Made by a program: the position numbers and the translations under genes. A stretch of DNA of 64,000 nucleotides from an uncultured Gemmatimonadales bacterium. GTDB taxonomy: Bacteria > Gemmatimonadota > Gemmatimonadetes > Gemmatimonadales > GWC2-71-9. The DNA lies in contig CAWCFX010000001.1 in the NCBI GenBank assembly GCA_963795085.1, positions 1,152,001-1,216,000 on the forward strand, written 5' to 3'. Below, piece by piece: positions 39,033 through 49,376 of this stretch (its first letter is position 1; each line of letters begins with the position of its first letter). Below the pieces are notes generated by a model. That model was not told the origin of the DNA and made no database searches. It saw nothing but the letters and a program-made list of their open reading frames with translations.

Positions 39033-39935
39033 ATGGCTCAGCCTGAACTGCAGGACCTGCTTGAAGCGGGCGTTCATTTCGGCCACCAGACCCGGCGGTG
39101 GAATCCCAAGATGCGGCGGTTCATTTTCGCCGAGCGCTCGGGGATTTACATCATCGACCTCCAGAAGACCCTCCGTCAGATTCACAAGGCCCAGGAACTC
39201 CTCAAGGGCGTCATGCTCCGGGGCGACGGGGTGTTGTTCGTCTGCACCAAGAAGCAGCTGAAGGCGGTGGTCGAAGCCGAGGCACGCGAGGCGGGCGCGT
39301 TCTACGTGACCGAGCGGTGGCTGGGCGGGATGCTGACCAACTTCCAGACCATCAAGAAGCAGATCCGCCGGTTCCGCGAGCTGGAGCAGGGCAGCGCGGA
39401 GGGCGAGTTCGAGAACTACACCAAGAAGGAAAAGCTGCTGTTCGAACGGGAGCGGGAAAAGCTGGCCCGTAACCTCGAGGGCATCAAGACCATGGGCCGG
39501 CTGCCCGGCGCGCTCTTCGTGGTGGATGCCAAGAAAGAGAAGATCGCGGTCGCCGAGGCCAACAAGCTGGGGATCCCGGTGGTGGCCATCGTGGACACCA
39601 ACGCCGACCCGGACGTCATTACGGTGCCGATTCCCGGCAACGACGACGCCATCCGGGCGGTGTCGCTGATTACCGGCGCGCTCTGCGATACCATCCGCGA
39701 GGCCCGCGCCCAGGTTCCGCAGCGCGAAGTCACCGACGACGCGGACGCGGAGACCTACAGCAGCGACGCCGGCACCGAGGGCGATCCCGATGCCGACCGC
39801 CGCAAGCGGCGGCCCCGGCGGAAGCGGCGGCCCAAGCCGGAGGCGATCGCGGCCCTGCGCAAGAACGAGGGCGACAGCGAGGCCGGGAGCGGTGAGGCGG
39901 CGGCGGCGCCTTCCCCGAGCGGGGCCGAAGGGTAA
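39033..39935 (+). CDS. rpsB: 30S ribosomal protein S2 (C-terminal extension)
   Basis: LLEAGVHFGHQTRRWNPKM, RWLGGMLTN, PGNDDAIR. Confidence 0.98.
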   Translation: MAQPELQDLLEAGVHFGHQTRRWNPKMRRFIFAERSGIYIIDLQKTLRQIHKAQELLKGVMLRGDGVLFVCTKKQLKAVVEAEAREAGAFYVTERWLGGMLTNFQTIKKQIRRFRELEQGSAEGEFENYTKKEKLLFEREREKLARNLEGIKTMGRLPGALFVVDAKKEKIAVAEANKLGIPVVAIVDTNADPDVITVPIPGNDDAIRAVSLITGALCDTIREARAQVPQREVTDDADAETYSSDAGTEGDPDADRRKRRPRRKRRPKPEAIAALRKNEGDSEAGSGEAAAAPSPSGAEG

Positions 39936-40021
39936 GGCAGGCTCCGCCCGTCTGGTACCGCCGCTCGGTGGCTCCCCAGCCATGGGCGGCGGTCTTAATA
40001 TCCACACTTGAGGATCGAACG

Positions 40022-40627
40022 ATGTCGAGCATGACAATTTCCCCGAAAGATGTCGCCGAGCTGCGCCGCCGGACTGGCGCCGGCATGATGGATTGCAAGA
40101 AGGCGCTGGAAGAAGCCGGCGGCGACATGGACAAGGCGGTGGAACTGCTCCGCAAGAAAGGCATCGCCAAGGCCGAGAAGCGGGCCGGCCGGGAAGCGGC
40201 GCAGGGCCTGGTGATGAGCTACATCCATCACAACGCCCAGGCCGGCGTCCTGCTGGAACTCAACTGCGAGACCGACTTCGTGGCGCGGACCGACGCGTTC
40301 AAGGAGCTGGGCCGGGAGATCGCCATCCACATCGCTTTTGCCGACCCGCTCGCCGTCTCGCCCGAGCAGATCCCGGCCGACCTGGTGGACCGGGAACGGC
40401 GGATCGCCGAGGAGCAGGTGGCCGAAGAGGGCAAGCCCGAGGCGGTGCGCGCCAAGATCGTCGAGGGCAAGGTCCGGAAGTTCGTGGCCGAGCGCGCGCT
40501 GCTGGAGCAGCCCTACGTCAAGGACGAGTCCAGGACCATCGGGCAGCTGGTGAAGGAAGCCTCCGGCACCATCGGCGAGGCCATCACCGTGCGCCGCTTC
40601 GCCCGGTTCAAGATCGGGGAAGCCTGA
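40022..40627 (+). CDS. tsf: Elongation factor Ts (short form)
   Basis: [30 protein letters not shown] upstream of ATG 40022. Confidence 0.97.
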   Translation: MSSMTISPKDVAELRRRTGAGMMDCKKALEEAGGDMDKAVELLRKKGIAKAEKRAGREAAQGLVMSYIHHNAQAGVLLELNCETDFVARTDAFKELGREIAIHIAFADPLAVSPEQIPADLVDRERRIAEEQVAEEGKPEAVRAKIVEGKVRKFVAERALLEQPYVKDESRTIGQLVKEASGTIGEAITVRRFARFKIGEA

Positions 40628-41337
40628 TGCCGCCGGCCTACTCGAGTGCGCTGCTCAAGCTCTCGGGCGAGGCACTGGCCGGCGAGAAAGGCTTCGGCCT
40701 CGATTACAAGGTCATCGAGTCGCTGGCCGACGAAGTCAAGCAGGTGCACGCCGCCGGCGTGCGCCTGAGCCTGGTGGTCGGGGGCGGGAACATCATGCGG
40801 GGCGGCGCCGCCAGCCGCGAAGGGGTGGACCGGGTGTCCGCCGACAACATGGGAATGCTCGCCACCGTGATCAACGCGCTGGCGGTGCAGGACATCCTGG
40901 AGCGCAAAGGGGTGGAGACCCGGGTCATGAGCGCGATCCGGATGGAGTCGCTGGCCGAGCCCTACATCCGGCGGCGGGCCATCCGCCACCTGGAGAAGGG
41001 CCGCCTGGTGATCTTTGCCGCCGGTACCGGCAACCCCTATTTCAGTACCGACACCGCCGCGGTGCTCCGGGCGCTGGAAATCGAGGCCCAGGTAATCCTC
41101 AAGGGCACCAACGTGGACGGCGTGTACACCGCCGACCCGCGCCAGGATCCCCAGGCCCGCTTCATCCCGGAGCTGTCGTTCCAGGAGGCGTTGGTCAACC
41201 GCTACGCGGTGATGGACGCCAACGCCTTCGGTCTCTGCATGGGCCACAACCTCCCGATCATCGTTTTCAACATCAACACACCCGGCGCCGTGCACCGAGT
41301 GCTCCAGGGCGAGCGGGTGGGGACGATCGTGCGATGA
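40627..41337 (+). CDS. pyrH: UMP kinase
   Basis: [32 protein letters not shown] coupling with tsf. Confidence 0.97.
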   Translation: MPPAYSSALLKLSGEALAGEKGFGLDYKVIESLADEVKQVHAAGVRLSLVVGGGNIMRGGAASREGVDRVSADNMGMLATVINALAVQDILERKGVETRVMSAIRMESLAEPYIRRRAIRHLEKGRLVIFAAGTGNPYFSTDTAAVLRALEIEAQVILKGTNVDGVYTADPRQDPQARFIPELSFQEALVNRYAVMDANAFGLCMGHNLPIIVFNINTPGAVHRVLQGERVGTIVR

Positions 41338-41888
41338 ACACCATACCCGAACTGACCCGCCACGCCCGCGAATCCATGGCCAAGGCCGTGGACAACACCA
41401 AGCGCGAGTTGACCCATATCCGGAGCGGCAAGGCCAGCACCGCCCTGCTCGACCTGGTACGGGTCGAGGCCTATGGCAGCGAGGTGCCGCTGAACCAGGT
41501 CGGGATGGTGGCTGCTCCCGAGGCGCGGCTCCTCACGGTACAGCCCTTCGACAAGTCGCTGGCCCCGGCCATCGAAAAGGCCATCCGCGACGCCGACCTG
41601 GGTCTCAACCCGGCCAGCCAGGGCGGGGTCATCCGGGTGCCCATTCCCCAGCTGACCGAAGAACGGCGGAAAGAGCTGGTGAAACTGGTCCACAAGCTGG
41701 CCGAAGAGGGCCGCATCGCGGTACGCCATGCCCGGACCGACGTGCTCCATAAGATGAAAAAGATCGAGAAGATCGCCGAGGACGAAAAGACCCGGGGCGA
41801 GAAGGAAGTCCAGAAACTGACCGACGAGCACATCAAGCAGATCGATGCCCTGATCCAGACCAAGGAAACGGAGATCATGGCCATCTGA
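41334..41888 (+). CDS. frr: Ribosome recycling factor
   Basis: [26 protein letters not shown]. Confidence 0.97.
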   Translation: MNTIPELTRHARESMAKAVDNTKRELTHIRSGKASTALLDLVRVEAYGSEVPLNQVGMVAAPEARLLTVQPFDKSLAPAIEKAIRDADLGLNPASQGGVIRVPIPQLTEERRKELVKLVHKLAEEGRIAVRHARTDVLHKMKKIEKIAEDEKTRGEKEVQKLTDEHIKQIDALIQTKETEIMAI

Positions 41889-41980
41889 AGTGCTGAGAAA
41901 CGAGTACTGAGTACTGGGCACAGCCGGTTTTCCGCACTCAGCACCCAGCACTCAGCACTCAGCACTCAGCACTCGACACT
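41889..41980 (+). repeat. 7-mer tandem-repeat hairpin filling the whole frr-uppS spacer
   Basis: AGTGCTG/AGTACTG units at 41889-41916; six GCACTCA-like units at 41934-41975. Confidence 0.92.
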
Positions 41981-42721
41981 ATGAGCGACAACCTGCTCGA
42001 AACGATCCGGGTTACCGGCGCCGTCCCGGCCCACATCGCCATCATCATGGATGGCAATGGGCGCTGGGCGCAGACCCGCTCGCTGCCCCGGCCGATGGGA
42101 CACCAGGCCGGGATGAAGGCGGTGCGCGAGGTCGTGGAAGGCTGCCTGGCCGCCGGGGTCGAGGTTCTGACGCTCTTCGCCTTCAGCCAGGAGAACTGGC
42201 AGCGGCCGCCCGAGGAGATCGACGCGCTGATGGCGCTGCTGGAGGAGTACATCGCCAGGGAACTGGCCGAGCTCCGGAGCCAGGGCGTGGCGGTGCGGAT
42301 GCTGGGCGACCTGGAACGGCTCTCGCCCGGGGCCCGCGCCGCGGTCGACCGGATCATGCAGGAAACCTCGGCCGGGGCCAGGCTCGATCTCAATATCTGC
42401 ATCTCCTACAGCTCCCGGGCCGAGCTGGCCCGCGCGGCTCGCCTGCTGGCCGAGGCCGCCGTCCAGGGCAAGCTGAATCCCGCCGAGATCGACGAACAGG
42501 CGGTGGCCGATCACCTCTTTACCGCGCCCTGGCCCGACCCGGACCTCCTGATCCGGACCTCCGGCGAGATGCGGATCTCCAATTTTCTGCTCTGGCAGCT
42601 GGCGTACTCGGAAATCTGGGTGACCCCGGTGCTGTGGCCCGACTTTACCCGGCAGGACCTCTTCCAGGCCATTCTCGACTTCCAGCGCCGGGACCGCCGT
42701 TTCGGTAAAGTGCTCGCCTAG
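41981..42721 (+). CDS. uppS: Undecaprenyl diphosphate synthase
   Basis: HIAIIMDGNGRWA, FSQENW, PDLLIRTSGEMRISNFLLWQ. Confidence 0.97.
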   Translation: MSDNLLETIRVTGAVPAHIAIIMDGNGRWAQTRSLPRPMGHQAGMKAVREVVEGCLAAGVEVLTLFAFSQENWQRPPEEIDALMALLEEYIARELAELRSQGVAVRMLGDLERLSPGARAAVDRIMQETSAGARLDLNICISYSSRAELARAARLLAEAAVQGKLNPAEIDEQAVADHLFTAPWPDPDLLIRTSGEMRISNFLLWQLAYSEIWVTPVLWPDFTRQDLFQAILDFQRRDRRFGKVLA

Positions 42722-43588
42722 ATGGATGCCAATCTCACCCGGCGAATCCTGTTCGCCGTGGTCGCCATTCCGCTCGCCTTCGGCGTCATCTGGTACGGCG
42801 GCTGGCCGCTGGTCGCGGTCGTCGCGCTGGTGGCGGCGCTGGGCACCCGGGAGCTGTTCGATTTCGCGCGGCGGCAGCGGATCGAGCCCGCGCTCCAGAT
42901 CGGCCTCCTTACCGCGCTGGTCATCCCGCCGGCCGGCTACATCTCGCTCTCCTCCGTTTACAACACCTGGTGGGTGCTGGTCGCCGGCTTCTACGGCGGC
43001 GCCGTATGGATCATGCTGCTCCTCGGCTGGGCGCTCTGGCGCCGTGCCCCGGGCGATAAGCCCATGGAGGCCGTCGCCGTCACATTGTTCGGCGTGGTGT
43101 ACGCCGGGCTGCTCCCTTCGTTCCTGATCATCATCCGCCACAACGGGTACGGGCTCAAGTCGTGGCCCGCCACCGCGCTGGTGTTTTTCCCGCTGGTCGT
43201 CACCTGGGTGTGCGACACCGCCGCGATGTTCGGCGGCAAGCTGTTCAAGGGCCCCAGGCTGGCCCCCACGGTGAGCCCGGGAAAGACCCGCTCCGGCGCG
43301 CTGAGCGGGGTGGTCGGCGGGCTCGCGGTGGCGCCGCTCTTTGCGCTCTTCGTGTTCGAGCCGGCGGGGTTCAGCATACCGCTCTGGAAACTCATGCTCT
43401 GCGCCGGTGTCTGGTCGGTCATGGGCCAGGTGGGTGATCTCGCCGAGTCGCTGCTCAAGCGCGAGGTGGGCCTCAAGGATTCCAGCGCGCTCATCCCCGG
43501 CCACGGGGGCGTCCTGGACCGCTTCGACTCGCTCTACTTCGTGCTCCCTCTCGCCGTGGCGCTCTACAAGCTCCTCGGCATCCAGTGA
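42722..43588 (+). CDS. cdsA: Phosphatidate cytidylyltransferase
   Basis: SPGKT, GDLAESLLKREVGLKDS, PGHGGVLDRFDS. Confidence 0.96.
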   Translation: MDANLTRRILFAVVAIPLAFGVIWYGGWPLVAVVALVAALGTRELFDFARRQRIEPALQIGLLTALVIPPAGYISLSSVYNTWWVLVAGFYGGAVWIMLLLGWALWRRAPGDKPMEAVAVTLFGVVYAGLLPSFLIIIRHNGYGLKSWPATALVFFPLVVTWVCDTAAMFGGKLFKGPRLAPTVSPGKTRSGALSGVVGGLAVAPLFALFVFEPAGFSIPLWKLMLCAGVWSVMGQVGDLAESLLKREVGLKDSSALIPGHGGVLDRFDSLYFVLPLAVALYKLLGIQ

Positions 43589-44712
43589 TGCGCGGCGTTG
43601 CCCTCCTGGGCTCCACCGGGTCCATCGGTACCAGCACGCTCGAAGTGCTCCGGCGGCAGCGCGACCACTTCCGGGTGGTGGCGTTGACGGCCGGTAGGAA
43701 CCGGGCCCTCCTCGAGGCCCAGGTGGCGGAGTGGAAACCGGATTACGCCGGCCTGGTGGAGGGAAGCGGCGGCAACGGCCGGATCGCGGTGGGGCCGGAC
43801 TGCCTGGTCCGCGCGGCGACCCACCCCGGCGCCGATATCGTGGTCAACGCGGTGGTGGGGAGCGTGGGTCTCGAAGCCACGCTGGCCGCGCTCAAGGCCG
43901 GCAAACGGGTGGCGCTGGCCAACAAGGAGACGCTGGTCATGGCGGGTGACCTGGTGACCCGCGCGGCCCGGGAAGGCGGCGGTGAGTTGATCCCGGTGGA
44001 CTCGGAGCACAGCGCCGTGCTCCAGTGCGTCACCGGACGGAAACCGGACAGCCTCTGCCGCCTCATCCTGACCGCATCGGGCGGCCCGTTCCGGGACTGG
44101 CCGGCCGAACGGCTGGGCGGAGCCACCGTGGCGGAAGCGCTGAAGCATCCCACCTGGCAGATGGGGCACAAGGTGACGGTGGACAGCGCCACCCTGGCCA
44201 ATAAGGCGCTGGAGGTGATCGAAGCCCACCACCTCTTCGGCCTGCCCTACGACGCGATCGAAGTGGTCGTGCATCCCCAGAGCATCATTCACGCGTTCGC
44301 CGAGTTCTGCGACGGCAGCGTGATCGCCCAGCTGGGATTTCCCTCCATGGAACTGCCGATTCTCTACGCGTTGACGCACCCGGCCCGGCTGCCTGATCAG
44401 GGGGTCCGCCGGTTCGACCCGGTGGCCGCGGGGCCGCTGACCTTCGAGCCGGTGCGGGGAGACGTCTTCCGCGCCTTTGCCGCCGGTGTCGCCGCCGGGC
44501 GCGCCGGGGGGACCGCGCCGGCGGTCTTCAACGCGGCCAACGAGGTCGCGGTGGCCGCGTTCCTGGAGGGCAGGATACCTTTTGGCAGGATCGCCGAGGT
44601 CACCGAAGCGGTGCTGGCCTCTCACATCGGCGAGGCTGCCCTCACGCTGGATGCCGTTATCGGCGCGGACCAATGGGCCCGCGCCCGGACCCACGAGGAA
44701 TTGCCGTCATGA
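43585..44712 (+). CDS. dxr: 1-deoxy-D-xylulose-5-phosphate reductoisomerase
   Basis: LGSTGSIG, LANKE, PVDSEH, HPTWQMG, NAANE. Confidence 0.97.
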   Translation: MMRGVALLGSTGSIGTSTLEVLRRQRDHFRVVALTAGRNRALLEAQVAEWKPDYAGLVEGSGGNGRIAVGPDCLVRAATHPGADIVVNAVVGSVGLEATLAALKAGKRVALANKETLVMAGDLVTRAAREGGGELIPVDSEHSAVLQCVTGRKPDSLCRLILTASGGPFRDWPAERLGGATVAEALKHPTWQMGHKVTVDSATLANKALEVIEAHHLFGLPYDAIEVVVHPQSIIHAFAEFCDGSVIAQLGFPSMELPILYALTHPARLPDQGVRRFDPVAAGPLTFEPVRGDVFRAFAAGVAAGRAGGTAPAVFNAANEVAVAAFLEGRIPFGRIAEVTEAVLASHIGEAALTLDAVIGADQWARARTHEELPS

Positions 44713-46079
44713 ACGCGTTGATCGCTATCGGGGCCCTGCTCGTCGTCCTGGGCGTGCTGGTCTTCGTCCACGAGGCGGGGCATTTCGCCGCCGCCAAGTG
44801 GGCCGGCATTTACGTCCACCGGTTTTCGCTGGGGCTGGGGGCGCCGATCAAGGCGCTGACCCGGAAACACGGTGAGACCGAATACACCATCTCCTGGCTG
44901 CCGCTGGGCGGCTACGTGAAGATGGCCAGCAAGGAAGAGGAGGCGATCAGCAGCAGCGCGCTCGAGGGCGGCCGGGCCACCGAGCCGGTGCCCCCCCACC
45001 GGGTGTTTGAAGCCAAGCCGGTGTGGAAGCGGATGATCGTCATCCTGGCGGGGGTGGCCATGAACACGCTGTTTGCGTGGGGCGTGTACGTGTATCTGGC
45101 TGCCAAGAATGGCGAACAGATCCTCACGACCACCACGGTCGGCCTGGTCGCCGACTCGCTGCTGCCCCCGGTGGGCGCCGATCTGGCCCGCCTGGAGCCG
45201 GGGGACCGGATCACCGCCATCAACGGCATCCCGGTCGGGTCCTGGAACGACATCGAACGGCAGCTGACCTCCGCGCCGGGGGACGAAATCCGGGTCCAGG
45301 TGGACGGCAAGCCCGACCTGGTGGCCCGCGCCTCCGCCGATGACCTCGAGGCCCGGATCGCCATCAGCCAGGCCATCGCGCCGTTTCAGCGGGCGGTGGT
45401 GGATACCGTGGTCGGGGGGACGCCGGCCGCGTCGGCCGGCTTCGTCAGCGGCGATACCGTGGTAGCGATCGACGGGGCGCCGGTCATCCAGTGGTACGAC
45501 ATGGTCCGGCTCATCGAATCCAGCGCGGGCCGGGAATTGGCGATCGACGTCGCGGGCGCCCAGGGCCTCCGGACCATCCGGGTGACGCCCCGGGCCGAGA
45601 CGGTGGCCGCCGGAGATTCGACCCGCACCGTGGGGCGCATCGGGGTGGGCCCCCGGCGCGATGCGACCTACCGGAACTACTCGGCGGTCGAGGCGCTCAA
45701 GGCCGGCACCGACCAGACGCTGGCGGCCAGCACCCTGATCATCCGGTCGCTCAGGGGCATGGTGCGGGGGCTGATTTCGCCCCGCTCCCTCGGCGGCCCG
45801 GTGGCGATCGGCCAGATGGCGGGCCAGAGCATTCAGCTCGGCATCGATCCCTTCCTGGCCTTCATGGCGCTGATCTCGGTGAACCTGGCGGTGCTCAACC
45901 TGCTGCCGATCCCGGTGCTGGATGGAGGCCAGTTCCTTTTCCTTCTGGCGGAGGCGATCATCCGGCGGCCCCTGTCGCTCAAACTCCGGGAGCGGCTCAC
46001 CGCGGTGGGCCTGGTGCTCATCGTGCTGCTGATGGTGTTCGCGTTTTCCAACGATATTCTCAGGGTGTTTGGCGTTTGA
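44709..46079 (+). CDS. rseP: RIP metalloprotease RseP (two PDZ domains)
   Basis: HEAGH, PLGGYVKM, NLLPIPVLDGG. Confidence 0.95.
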   Translation: MNALIAIGALLVVLGVLVFVHEAGHFAAAKWAGIYVHRFSLGLGAPIKALTRKHGETEYTISWLPLGGYVKMASKEEEAISSSALEGGRATEPVPPHRVFEAKPVWKRMIVILAGVAMNTLFAWGVYVYLAAKNGEQILTTTTVGLVADSLLPPVGADLARLEPGDRITAINGIPVGSWNDIERQLTSAPGDEIRVQVDGKPDLVARASADDLEARIAISQAIAPFQRAVVDTVVGGTPAASAGFVSGDTVVAIDGAPVIQWYDMVRLIESSAGRELAIDVAGAQGLRTIRVTPRAETVAAGDSTRTVGRIGVGPRRDATYRNYSAVEALKAGTDQTLAASTLIIRSLRGMVRGLISPRSLGGPVAIGQMAGQSIQLGIDPFLAFMALISVNLAVLNLLPIPVLDGGQFLFLLAEAIIRRPLSLKLRERLTAVGLVLIVLLMVFAFSNDILRVFGV

Positions 46080-46228
46080 AGCGAGAAGTGAGAGGGACGT
46101 CGGTCGCTGAAGGCCTGGAGTCGGTTGCTGGTCCTATCGCCGGGTGGAGGAGAGCCTGGAAATGCAAGGAGGGGGCGGGAAGGGGTACGCGAGCCCGATG
46201 GCACCATCACTGTGAAGGGGTTGGTTTC

Positions 46229-47950
46229 ATGCGTCTCCGCGCTTTTGCCGTGCTTGTCGCAGGGCTATCGACCGTCGCGGCCGGGCAGGAACCCACCCGG
46301 GCGGATACGCTCCGGGGGAGTTACACCACCCCGGGCCGGGCCTGGTGGGACGTCACGTTCTACGATCTGCATGTCACTGTGAACCCCGCGGATTCAAGCA
46401 TCCGGGGATCCAACGGAATCAGTTACCGGGTGCTCCGCCCGGGCCGGGAACTGCAGGTGGACCTGATGGAGCCGCTGGTGGTGGACAGCGTGGTGCAGGG
46501 TGGGCGGAGGCTCCGGTTCCGGAAAGAGGGCAACGCCTACTTCGTGACCGTGGCGGGGGCCGCGGCGCCTGCCCGGCGTCCCGATCCGGGCAGTACCAGC
46601 GTGGAGCGCCCGGCCACACCGCCGCCGGCCTCCGCCGCCCGGCCGGCGCTCCGCGCCGGCAGCATCGGCCAGATCCGGGTCTTCTACCACGGCCGGCCTC
46701 ACGTCGCCATCCGGCCGCCCTGGCAGGGCGGGTTCAGCTGGACCGCGGACAGCCTGGGCCGCCCCTGGGTGGTCACCACCGACCAGGGCATGGGGGCCTC
46801 GGTCTGGTGGCCGAACAAGGACACCCAGGCCGACGAGCCGGACAGCCAGCGGGTGGCGATCACGGTGCCCGACTCGCTGCTGAACATTTCCAATGGACGT
46901 CTCCGGAAGGTCACCACCCGGAACGGCTGGACCACCTGGGAATGGTTCGTCTCCAACCCCATCAACAACTACGCGATCGCGGTGGCCGCGGGCCACTACG
47001 CCCATTTCGGCGATACCTACCAGGGCGAGGGCGGGCCGCTGACCATAGACTACTGGCCGCTGGACTACCACCTCGACGCCGCCCGCCGGCAGTTCCCCCA
47101 GACCCTCTCGATGCTGGCCTGCTTCGAGCGGTGGTTCGGGCCCTACCCGTTCTACGAGGACGGCTTCAAGCTGATCGAAGTGCCCAACAACGGCATGGAG
47201 CATCAGAGCGCCATTGCTTACGGCAACCGCTACGCCAACGGCTACCAGGGCAATGACGGCAGCGGGACCGGCCTCGGCATGCAGTGGGATTTCATCATCG
47301 TGCACGAGGCCGCCCACGAGTGGTTCGGCAACAACATCACCACCAAGGACCTCGCGGACATGTGGGTCCACGAGAGCTTTGCCAACTACTCCGAGAACCT
47401 GTACACCGAGTGCCTGTTCGGGAAGGACGCGGGTGCCCGCTACGTCATCGGCACCCGGCAGCTGATCGCCAACCAGGCGCCGATCATCCCGGCACATTAC
47501 GGGGTCAACGCCCAGGGCTCCGGCGACATGTATCCCAAGGGCGGGAACCTGCTGCACACCATCCGGCAGATTGTGGGTGACGACGAGCAGTGGCGGGGGA
47601 TCCTGCGCGACCTCAACCGCACCTTCCGGCACCAGACAGTCACCGGACGGCAGGTGGAGGGATACCTGAGCCGGGAGACCGGCGTGGACCTGTCCAGCGT
47701 GTTCGACCAGTACCTCCGGGATACCCGGATCCCGGTCCTGGAATACCGGCTCCGGGGGGACCGGCTCCAGTACCGCTGGGGCAACGTGGTGCCGGGGTTC
47801 CGGATGCCGGTGGAGGTCGTGCTGGAGGGGCCTGGAGAGACCGTGCGCATCGTTCCCACCGAGGCCTGGCAGGTCCTGGTGCGTTCGGGCGTGGTCGGGC
47901 TCAAGCTGGTTCCGGACTACTACGTGACCCTGGAGAAAGGCGACGACTAG
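46229..47950 (+). CDS. Secreted M1-family aminopeptidase
   Basis: Signal peptide, GMEH, HEAAHEWFGN...HESF (HEXXH-18-E). Confidence 0.92.
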   Translation: MRLRAFAVLVAGLSTVAAGQEPTRADTLRGSYTTPGRAWWDVTFYDLHVTVNPADSSIRGSNGISYRVLRPGRELQVDLMEPLVVDSVVQGGRRLRFRKEGNAYFVTVAGAAAPARRPDPGSTSVERPATPPPASAARPALRAGSIGQIRVFYHGRPHVAIRPPWQGGFSWTADSLGRPWVVTTDQGMGASVWWPNKDTQADEPDSQRVAITVPDSLLNISNGRLRKVTTRNGWTTWEWFVSNPINNYAIAVAAGHYAHFGDTYQGEGGPLTIDYWPLDYHLDAARRQFPQTLSMLACFERWFGPYPFYEDGFKLIEVPNNGMEHQSAIAYGNRYANGYQGNDGSGTGLGMQWDFIIVHEAAHEWFGNNITTKDLADMWVHESFANYSENLYTECLFGKDAGARYVIGTRQLIANQAPIIPAHYGVNAQGSGDMYPKGGNLLHTIRQIVGDDEQWRGILRDLNRTFRHQTVTGRQVEGYLSRETGVDLSSVFDQYLRDTRIPVLEYRLRGDRLQYRWGNVVPGFRMPVEVVLEGPGETVRIVPTEAWQVLVRSGVVGLKLVPDYYVTLEKGDD

Positions 47951-47995
47951 CTCGGGTGAGGGCGTGCTCGGCCGCTGGCTCGCGGCCCGGGGCTG

Positions 47996-48919
47996 CTAGC
48001 TCCCCTTCTTCCACCACCGCTTCTTCTCTGGCTCGGTCTTCGGCATGTCCCGGGTCAGGTACTCCGGCGGCAGCACAATGTCCGTCGTCGGGCGGTCCCG
48101 GGTCACGGTATCCTCCAGGTCCTTCATCAACTCTTCGGCGGTGGCATAGCGGTCGTCCGGGTGCTTGGCCATGCACCTGAGCATGATCCGCTCCAGCCGC
48201 CGCATCAGCTCGGGCCGGAGCGTCCGGGGTGGCTCCGGCTTGGTCTCGACGTGCATGCGGGCCAGGTCGAACCAGTCCTTCGACTTGAAGGGCAGTTCGC
48301 CCGTCGCGGCGCGATAGAGGGTGATGCCCAGGGAGTAGAGGTCGCTCCGGCCGTCCAGCGTCCGGCCCTGGGCCTGCTCCGGCGAGATGTAGTGCGGGGT
48401 CCCGATCGTCATGTTGAAGCCGGTGGCCGCCACGTAGCCGCTGATGGCCCGGGCGATGCCGAAGTCGGTCAGCACCGCCTCGCCGGCCCCGGTCAGCAGG
48501 ATATTGTCCGGCTTGATGTCGCGGTGAATGATCCCCTGGCCGTGGGCGAAACTCAGGGCGGCGGCGATGTCGTGGGCGAACTGGATGATGTCGTTCTCGT
48601 CGAGCTTGCCTTCCCGTTCCAGCCGGGCCGCCAGGGTGTCGGGAAACAGGTCCATGGCGAACCAGGCGCTCTCACCCGCCTGGCTGACCTCTTCGATGTG
48701 AACGATATGGGGGTGGATCAGCGAAGCGGCGAACTCGGACTCCTTGCGGAAGCGGCTTCCGAAGGCCTCGTCGGTCCCGAAACGAGGCTTCAAGATCTTG
48801 ACAGCAAAGGACTTACCATCGCCCCTCCGGGCGGCGTACACCCAGGCGAAGCCACCCTGGCCGAGTTGCCGTTCCAGGGTGTAGGGGCCGATCGAAGTGC
48901 CGAGTTCGGGTGCGTCCAC
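47996..48919 (-). CDS. Hanks-type Ser/Thr protein kinase (stand-alone catalytic domain)
   Basis: LGQGGFA, AVK, HRDIKPDN, DFG, GTPHYISPE, DLYSLG. Confidence 0.95.
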   Translation of the reverse strand: MDAPELGTSIGPYTLERQLGQGGFAWVYAARRGDGKSFAVKILKPRFGTDEAFGSRFRKESEFAASLIHPHIVHIEEVSQAGESAWFAMDLFPDTLAARLEREGKLDENDIIQFAHDIAAALSFAHGQGIIHRDIKPDNILLTGAGEAVLTDFGIARAISGYVAATGFNMTIGTPHYISPEQAQGRTLDGRSDLYSLGITLYRAATGELPFKSKDWFDLARMHVETKPEPPRTLRPELMRRLERIMLRCMAKHPDDRYATAEELMKDLEDTVTRDRPTTDIVLPPEYLTRDMPKTEPEKKRWWKKGS

Positions 48920-49025
48920 AGCTCACCTCAAGGGGTTGCCCAGGACCGCCCGGGCAGGTTATTTTGGCATGCTAGAGAGAAATCGGTAAATGACGCTCGC
49001 GCAACCAGATGAGGATACAGCGAGA

Positions 49026-49286
49026 ATGAGCTTTGACAAGGCGGCTGTGCTCCAGGCACACGCGCAGAATGACAAGGATACCGGGTCGACCCGGGTGCAG
49101 GTAGCCCTCCTGACCGAGCGAATCAACTCGCTCACCGGGCATTTTCGCAGCCATCCCAAGGACCACCATAGCCGGCGCGGGCTGCTCAAGATGGTCGGTT
49201 CCCGCCGGCGTCTGTTGACCTATCTCAAGCGAAGCGATCTTGCGACATACCGGTCGCTGATCGAGCAACTCGGACTTCGCCACTAG
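49026..49286 (+). CDS. rpsO: 30S ribosomal protein S15
   Basis: [26 protein letters not shown]. Confidence 0.97.
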   Translation: MSFDKAAVLQAHAQNDKDTGSTRVQVALLTERINSLTGHFRSHPKDHHSRRGLLKMVGSRRRLLTYLKRSDLATYRSLIEQLGLRH

Positions 49287-49303
49287 CTGAACCGAGTCGG
49301 TCC

Positions 49304-49343
49304 GGGCGCCCCGAACGAGCACTGGGGGCGCCCTCTTCGTTTT
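49304..49343 (+). terminator. Hairpin/terminator between rpsO and pnp
   Basis: GGGCGCCCC...GGGGCGCCC followed by TCTTCGTTTT. Confidence 0.65.
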
Positions 49344-49376
49344 GGTGTGCTCCTGACAAGTAAAGGTTCCTGAATC

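Noticed and set aside
46078..46100. AAGCGAG-AAGTGAG purine 7-mers right after the rseP stop
   Set aside because: Only two units and no complementary arm found; too weak to count as a member of the hairpin family.
46550..46665. Pro/Ala-rich insertion in the M1 peptidase
   Set aside because: In-frame low-complexity loop with no repeat or mobile-element signature.
40093..47950. Apparent N-terminal extensions or fusions in the ORF track (pyrH from 40093, M1 peptidase from 45491; likewise rodA from 58203 and hisS from 61980)
   Set aside because: The upstream parts overlap other genes out of frame and are low-complexity; internal starts match the family N-termini.
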